Shown here: piece by piece, positions 43,291 through 48,322 of the stretch
How the letters are laid out: the number at the start of each line of letters is the position of its first letter
How positions within the stretch are numbered: position 1 is the first letter of the stretch
Origin: Corallochytrium limacisporum Hawaii
Lineage: Eukaryota; Protista; Pluriformea
Assembly: GCA_002811645.1 (NCBI GenBank)
Contig: PDIP01000100.1
Location: forward strand, 38,220 to 86,541
Direction of reading: 5' to 3'
Length of the DNA stretch: 48,322 nucleotides
Notes under the pieces: model-generated
Told to the model about the DNA's origin: nothing
The model's database searches: none
What the model saw: only the letters and a program-made list of their open reading frames with translations
Translations under genes and position numbers: made by a program

Positions 43291-46200
43291 TCAGCCCTCA
43301 AAACAGGCTCGCCACCGCTGACGCCAGACATTCGAATGGTCCAGTGGTAGCATGGGTTCCAAAACAATATCGTACGCCTTGACCACCCCCGTTTTGGTCA
43401 CGGAGGCCGAACTCACAGACCGGATCTCCAGTATGAACTGTTCCGCATCCGGAGGCACGCGAGGAGAGACGGGTTGGCTGCAAGCAGCACCGGCCAAAGT
43501 CACCTCCAGCGAAGGCAGAGCTTCGCGAGATTCCGATCCGTAGCTACTAATCGGCATCGCTGGCGCTGATGCTGGCGCTGATGTCGGAACCTGCGGCCGC
43601 TGCCGTCTATAAAGGACGGACGGTTCGCCCTCATCCTGGCATAGGCTGTCGCCAACCTCCTCATGGCTGTGCTGATCATCCCCCATAGCACGAGGCGATC
43701 TCGGTGGCTTACTTGTCGAGGCCGACGGCTCAGGGCTCGGATCATACTCCGAACTAGAGAGCTCCGACTCACGTGAGACCTTGAGCGATCGCTCGTTGAC
43801 GTCTAAACCACTGCCCGTGCCACCATGCCCGCTGCTTGGTGACAGACTCCCAGGCGATCGCTCCGCAACAGATCTGGGAGAGAGTTGCGCTGGCCTGTCT
43901 ACGCCATCGTCGTCAGCGAAAATTCGCGGGCTCGGAGTTCGATCCGTGACATGTCGGCCCACGCTCTCCTTAGAATGCTTCCGTCGGTGGGTCAGGAGTC
44001 GGTAGCCCGACCCCGTGTTTTCCGATTTGTTGCCATCGCTTTGAGACGAAGTCTCGGTTTCTTTTAGAACCCGTGTCAGCACGAATGGCGTTTGCCCGGG
44101 GGCGTGGAAAGATTCGTTGACAATGAATCCGTCTGGGGTCAAGTGCCACCGCTGGCGCTGCTGATCCTTACATTTCTTTACCTTCACGCTCTTGGGTTTC
44201 TTCTTGCCAGCTTTGTTGCGGGTGGATCCGACGTTGCCCGTCATGACCAACCCAGACGAAAAGCTTTCCATGTAAAAGTTCTGCGTGTGCTTCCAAAGCT
44301 GATGCCCTGCCGCGGCCTTGGGCTTTTTTGGCGCCAGGTGTAGCCGCTGGGATTTACTCGATCCGTCCAGAACCAAAGATCCGTCCCAGGTCGTAATGTA
44401 GAAATAGGAGGTCATCCCCGCCATCGGAATCACGCTCAGGCGTCCCGGTCGCTTACCTAAGGCAAGTTCTTGTTGCACCTCGTCGTCCAGATTGCCTGAC
44501 CTGATGTTGGTGGCGACCACTGCTTGGTTCACGCCAGTCTCGACGACCTCGTCATTGGTCAATCCACCGCCCGTGAGGATCTCTTCTGTGCCATTGGCAG
44601 CGGTAGCCAACTGGGGCCGCGGTGCCATGGTCGTCGGCTGGGGCTCACTGATCCCCTCCGAGCTACCGCTACTTTCGCGGTCATGCCGAGGAAGAGCCTT
44701 GAGCGATCGGAGCGTGTCTCGGAGCGCCACATTAGTTCCCGATAGACTGCCACCACTGGCGTGCAGTCCAGAGCCCACGCCGCTCGTCGATCCCCGCAAC
44801 GAGCCAGATGTTCGGCTAGCTGACAGCTCGGAGACATCGGAAACGTAACCACCATGTGCACTCTCCGTACTACTCGCCGCAATAGTTGCTGCATTTGCCG
44901 TCGCCCCCGCTTCCAGCGGCATCTGCACATCTGTCTCCTTTTCGACAGCGTAGTGGTGCGAGGCGGGCAGAGCGGGCTCGTGGAGCTCGCTCTTGGGGGT
45001 GGCACTGCTGCAGTTTTGCGGAGCAGAGGGGCCTTCTCCCCTTCTCCCTTCTGAGGATGACGACGATGGCCAGTAGATCACCTTGAACGGATCGATGGGC
45101 TTGACAACAGAGGAACCCCACAAATCATCCGCGCCGGACACACCACTGGCATTCCCAGGGGCAACCGTGGAGACCGGAGCACCTGCAATCATTCCTGGCT
45201 CCTCCAGAACGCTGGGGGAAGCAACCTCAGATCCAGGCGTGGCGGTGGCGTTTGTGCTTCCGCCGCTCGCGCCTGAGCTCAGCATCGGCGCCAAAGGAGG
45301 TCTCCGGCCACTGTTGGGCAAAGACGTCCGCTGGGAAGCGATCATATTGGAAGAGCTCGACCCCGAACCAGAACTAGAATTTGCCACGTGGTGCTGTTGC
45401 TGTTGCATCCGGCGCAGCTGGTTAATCTCTGCATCTCTGACACTCTCTGCCGCTCCCTTCGGTTCAATGGCCACCGACATGTGATAAAGCGTCTCACTGT
45501 CCGCGACGTAATGCGCACCAACAATGAACCGTGTCAGACTCGAGTCCGCCTCAAAGTCGTAGAAGCGCGCCTGCTTCTGCATCCACTGAAAGCCTAGCAG
45601 GACCTCCTGCTGATGGAAACTCACCAAATCAAAGGCACCTCCACCGTCCGTGGGCATGAACTGGTCCGGCATGGATGGAGCGCCGTCCTTGGACCGTACC
45701 GTTTGTCCTCGTCGCCGAGCGTTGCTAAACATGGTCGAATTGGAGCGAGCGTGACGAGGACTGAAAGCAATGCCATCACGCGGACTCATGGACAAATGTG
45801 TACTGCTCGTGTCCCTTGACAGGGCATCGCTTGGAGCGAGATGAAGCGTGCCATGGCGGCTACTGTTGCGGCTATTGTTGCGACTATTGTTGCGACTATT
45901 GTTGCGACTATTGTCCTTGCTCTCCTTGTCAACAGGCAAGGTGCCACGGCTGCTCTCCTTGATGTCATCGACGTCCTGGGCACTTGTATCGTCCAGGAAG
46001 TTGTCGTAGCTACCAGAACGGTTGAAGATACCAACACCTTTTCTGTGGCCCTTTGCGCTACGCTTTCGCGCGGTAGGCGAGTGCATCTGTTCACTGCCCT
46101 TCCGCAGATGCCGGGGAAAGTGCAAGTCCCAGGGAGCAGTCTTGGCCAGGGGATCATCCTGCGTTGGTGCCTTGGCGTTGTCGACTGCTTCGTCTCTCGT

Positions 46201-47472
46201 GACTCTCCGCAGACTATCATCTGTGACCACGACATCTTCGGTGTAAGAGCTGGGCCGAACGTTGAGAGACTTGGTCCGAGTGGTGCTTGCAGTACTATCA
46301 GCCTTGTCCTCACCGTCTCCGCCCGCTGCTGATGACGCTGCAGACTTTCCCCGCGCCTCCTGCGTCGAATTTGACCGCGCAATCGAACCCTTCTGCTCTT
46401 CCTGTTGGATCTTGGCTTCATCTGCTGCACATGCGTAAGCGTAGTCAGTCAGAAATATTCCCAGGAACGGCACCATCGCACCCTTGTTCGCGCTGACTGC
46501 CTGCGCAGAGCGCAGCGCTTTATAATTGCTCTCCTCGCTCACCAGCGCGGCAAGGTCACGGAACAGAGAGTGGCCGGCCTGCGGCACTTTGTTCCATGTC
46601 CGCTTCAGACGCCAGACCGGGGTCGCTTGCAGTCCGCTGATCACCGCCTTCAGTCCGTTGAAGTCACGTAGTTTTCGAAGGTGGTGCGCGACCAGCAAGA
46701 AGTAGTTAATCAGTTTGGCACGGAACGTGAGTGTGTCCTCGCTCAGTACACGTGTTGCAATGTACAGGGTAAGCCGGTTAAAAAACTCGATGGCGGACAT
46801 GATGCTGGGTGCCTTTTCAAATTTCTTGCTCTTCATCCAAGCACAGTTCTGGAATTCAAAGATTGTGATCTTGGCAATAAGTTCCGCGTCGATTTTGGCA
46901 ATGGTACGAGCCAATTCCTGTGGCTTATAGGCAGTAATGTCTGTGGCCATCTGTTCGGCGGGTACGGCTGTTTGTTGTTGTTGGTCAGCTGCGGCACTAA
47001 TGTCATCAACTGATTTCAGCAAACTCGACAGATCCAAATACCCACTGCTACCCTGGTTGCTATTCGTATCAAACAGGAACGCCGAGGACACACCACCGCT
47101 ACCCACACTCTGTTGTGATCTGTGGCGCTTAATGGTGGCCCGTGTCGGTGGTTCCCTGCCGAGTCCGCTTATCTCCCCACGGGGTGAGGATTCAGCCCCA
47201 GCAGACACTGCGGCGGACGTGGTTGAACCCTTCGACCCTTTCCGTTGTATTGAACTGTTACTCGAGTACACAGATTCATTGCTAACATATTGCCCTGTCC
47301 CTGACGGACTGCGCGGTGTTACCCCCGGGCTTGGGTATTCATTGGTAGCACCGTTCTGTGGCGACGTATTCTGTTGTGTGTCCTGTCCCCGTTCCATAAG
47401 GGCATTGATGCTCCGACTGAGCTTGTGCCCGGCTAGCGCACTCTGCGCTACCTTCGCTGCGCTAGATTTCAT
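43291..47472 (-). CDS. RasGEF (CDC25-homology, RalGPS-like, no evident REM) with a C-terminal ricin-B-like beta-trefoil
   Basis: PQELA..I..ID, FN.L, RAKLI, FNGLKAVISGLQ.TPVWRLKRTW, VPFLGIFLTD, LYHMSVAIEP; C-terminal LVLD/QLW, LVMT/QRW, FVLT/QRW. Confidence 0.88.
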   Translation of the reverse strand: MKSSAAKVAQSALAGHKLSRSINALMERGQDTQQNTSPQNGATNEYPSPGVTPRSPSGTGQYVSNESVYSSNSSIQRKGSKGSTTSAAVSAGAESSPRGEISGLGREPPTRATIKRHRSQQSVGSGGVSSAFLFDTNSNQGSSGYLDLSSLLKSVDDISAAADQQQQTAVPAEQMATDITAYKPQELARTIAKIDAELIAKITIFEFQNCAWMKSKKFEKAPSIMSAIEFFNRLTLYIATRVLSEDTLTFRAKLINYFLLVAHHLRKLRDFNGLKAVISGLQATPVWRLKRTWNKVPQAGHSLFRDLAALVSEESNYKALRSAQAVSANKGAMVPFLGIFLTDYAYACAADEAKIQQEEQKGSIARSNSTQEARGKSAASSAAGGDGEDKADSTASTTRTKSLNVRPSSYTEDVVVTDDSLRRVTRDEAVDNAKAPTQDDPLAKTAPWDLHFPRHLRKGSEQMHSPTARKRSAKGHRKGVGIFNRSGSYDNFLDDTSAQDVDDIKESSRGTLPVDKESKDNSRNNSRNNSRNNSRNSSRHGTLHLAPSDALSRDTSSTHLSMSPRDGIAFSPRHARSNSTMFSNARRRGQTVRSKDGAPSMPDQFMPTDGGGAFDLVSFHQQEVLLGFQWMQKQARFYDFEADSSLTRFIVGAHYVADSETLYHMSVAIEPKGAAESVRDAEINQLRRMQQQQHHVANSSSGSGSSSSNMIASQRTSLPNSGRRPPLAPMLSSGASGGSTNATATPGSEVASPSVLEEPGMIAGAPVSTVAPGNASGVSGADDLWGSSVVKPIDPFKVIYWPSSSSSEGRRGEGPSAPQNCSSATPKSELHEPALPASHHYAVEKETDVQMPLEAGATANAATIAASSTESAHGGYVSDVSELSASRTSGSLRGSTSGVGSGLHASGGSLSGTNVALRDTLRSLKALPRHDRESSGSSEGISEPQPTTMAPRPQLATAANGTEEILTGGGLTNDEVVETGVNQAVVATNIRSGNLDDEVQQELALGKRPGRLSVIPMAGMTSYFYITTWDGSLVLDGSSKSQRLHLAPKKPKAAAGHQLWKHTQNFYMESFSSGLVMTGNVGSTRNKAGKKKPKSVKVKKCKDQQRQRWHLTPDGFIVNESFHAPGQTPFVLTRVLKETETSSQSDGNKSENTGSGYRLLTHRRKHSKESVGRHVTDRTPSPRIFADDDGVDRPAQLSPRSVAERSPGSLSPSSGHGGTGSGLDVNERSLKVSRESELSSSEYDPSPEPSASTSKPPRSPRAMGDDQHSHEEVGDSLCQDEGEPSVLYRRQRPQVPTSAPASAPAMPISSYGSESREALPSLEVTLAGAACSQPVSPRVPPDAEQFILEIRSVSSASVTKTGVVKAYDIVLEPMLPLDHSNVWRQRWRACFEG
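45860..45914 (-). repeat. Coding 12-bp tandem repeat encoding (NSRN)x4
   Basis: ctattgttgcga units on the plus strand; protein reads DNSRNNSRNNSRNNSRNSSR. Confidence 0.9.
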
Positions 47473-48322
47473 TGTTGTGCTGTGTTGGTTGGGTAAGTTG
47501 GGCCCCCCTTCCTTCAGCCTTCTCCGCTATGATTATATGAGAGGGTCATTGTGGATCCCGTTGCAAGTGTTCTAACGCTGTCCCAGTAGTCCTATGAGTA
47601 TCATTAGGTTTGTCTGTCGCCTGAGTTCGAACCTGTACACTTGTGAAAATTCTTTAGCACACTATCGTTTCTTCAGAACGGCTGTTGATTGACTATGTTG
47701 CCTCTTCCCTTCAATGGCATATATCTCGATTCGCGGAGTCTCGGCGAGTCTGAGGATCCCGAAATGGGGGTGACTGACTAGACCACATATCCCAGCACCT
47801 GATCTACCTTCACACAGCCTCCCCAGACTCGGTGGAACCGTTCTCTAAGTTCATTCCAAAAAGAGTCTGATTCACAGCACCAGGTGTCATCGTCGATTGA
47901 TTGACTAAGTTTTTCAGAACCCACAAAGTTCATCGCAAACGACCGGGCGAACCGAGACCGCCAATGCCCCACTCACACGGGCCTCGCTGTTGACCCGATT
48001 GCCCGCCCCCCCCCCCCTTCTTCAATTAGAAACAAATTAACCAGCTGGATCCAATCCAACCTCAGCGCTCCCAAAAACGGCGAACCTATGGAAAAAAAAG
48101 GGAGGAAAATTCCAAGCGAATCGATAAAACAGAGAGAAAGAAAATGGTTGAAAAAAAATGAAAAATGAAATTCCTCAGCCATCTCTTTCTTGTCCCTTCC
48201 CTCACGTAGGCGATCGCTGTTCGCGATGAACCGTCTCCCTTCGTCGTAGAATAACAATAAGCACGGCTGGTCCCATTCCTGGTTCTACCGCGCGCTCTTC
48301 CCTGCCGCCTCTCTCCCCCCTC

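Noticed and set aside
47580-47650. GTTCGAACC B-box suggesting a tRNA (similar motifs at ~2588 and ~19687)
   Set aside because: No A-box, acceptor stem or cloverleaf could be formed.
47778-47972. Short minus-strand ORF upstream of the RasGEF (possible uORF)
   Set aside because: No motif or other support; length is within chance expectation.

Overview
Gene-dense eukaryotic window in which every recognisable CDS is intron-free. The gene set (RalGPS-like GEF, FAM114-like, ALKBH5-like, F-box/kelch, holozoan-style H2B) suggests an intron-poor unicellular opisthokont, probably a holozoan (inference). Left to right: a tandem array of at least six IPNS/DIOX-type Fe(II)/2-oxoglutarate dioxygenases (first one cut by the window edge); a ~1,540-aa protein combining DUF3444-like, coiled-coil, PHD and ALKBH5-like domains; RPS27; a frameshifted TSNAXIP1-like relic; a CAD-family alcohol dehydrogenase; a FAM114-like protein; LSM3; a ~1,520-aa membrane-anchored protein with four transferrin lobes; an F-box/kelch protein; a divergent H4/H2B pair sharing a 16-bp promoter motif; and a RasGEF with a ricin-type beta-trefoil. 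Spacers upstream of genes carry homopolymer-run-rich blocks and CnGn palindromes, whereas convergent spacers lack them. There are two assembly gaps. The best candidates for new biology are the four-lobed transferrin receptor-like protein, the chromatin-reader/ALKBH5 fusion and the diversified dioxygenase array. All family calls come from motif recognition by eye; no database search was run.
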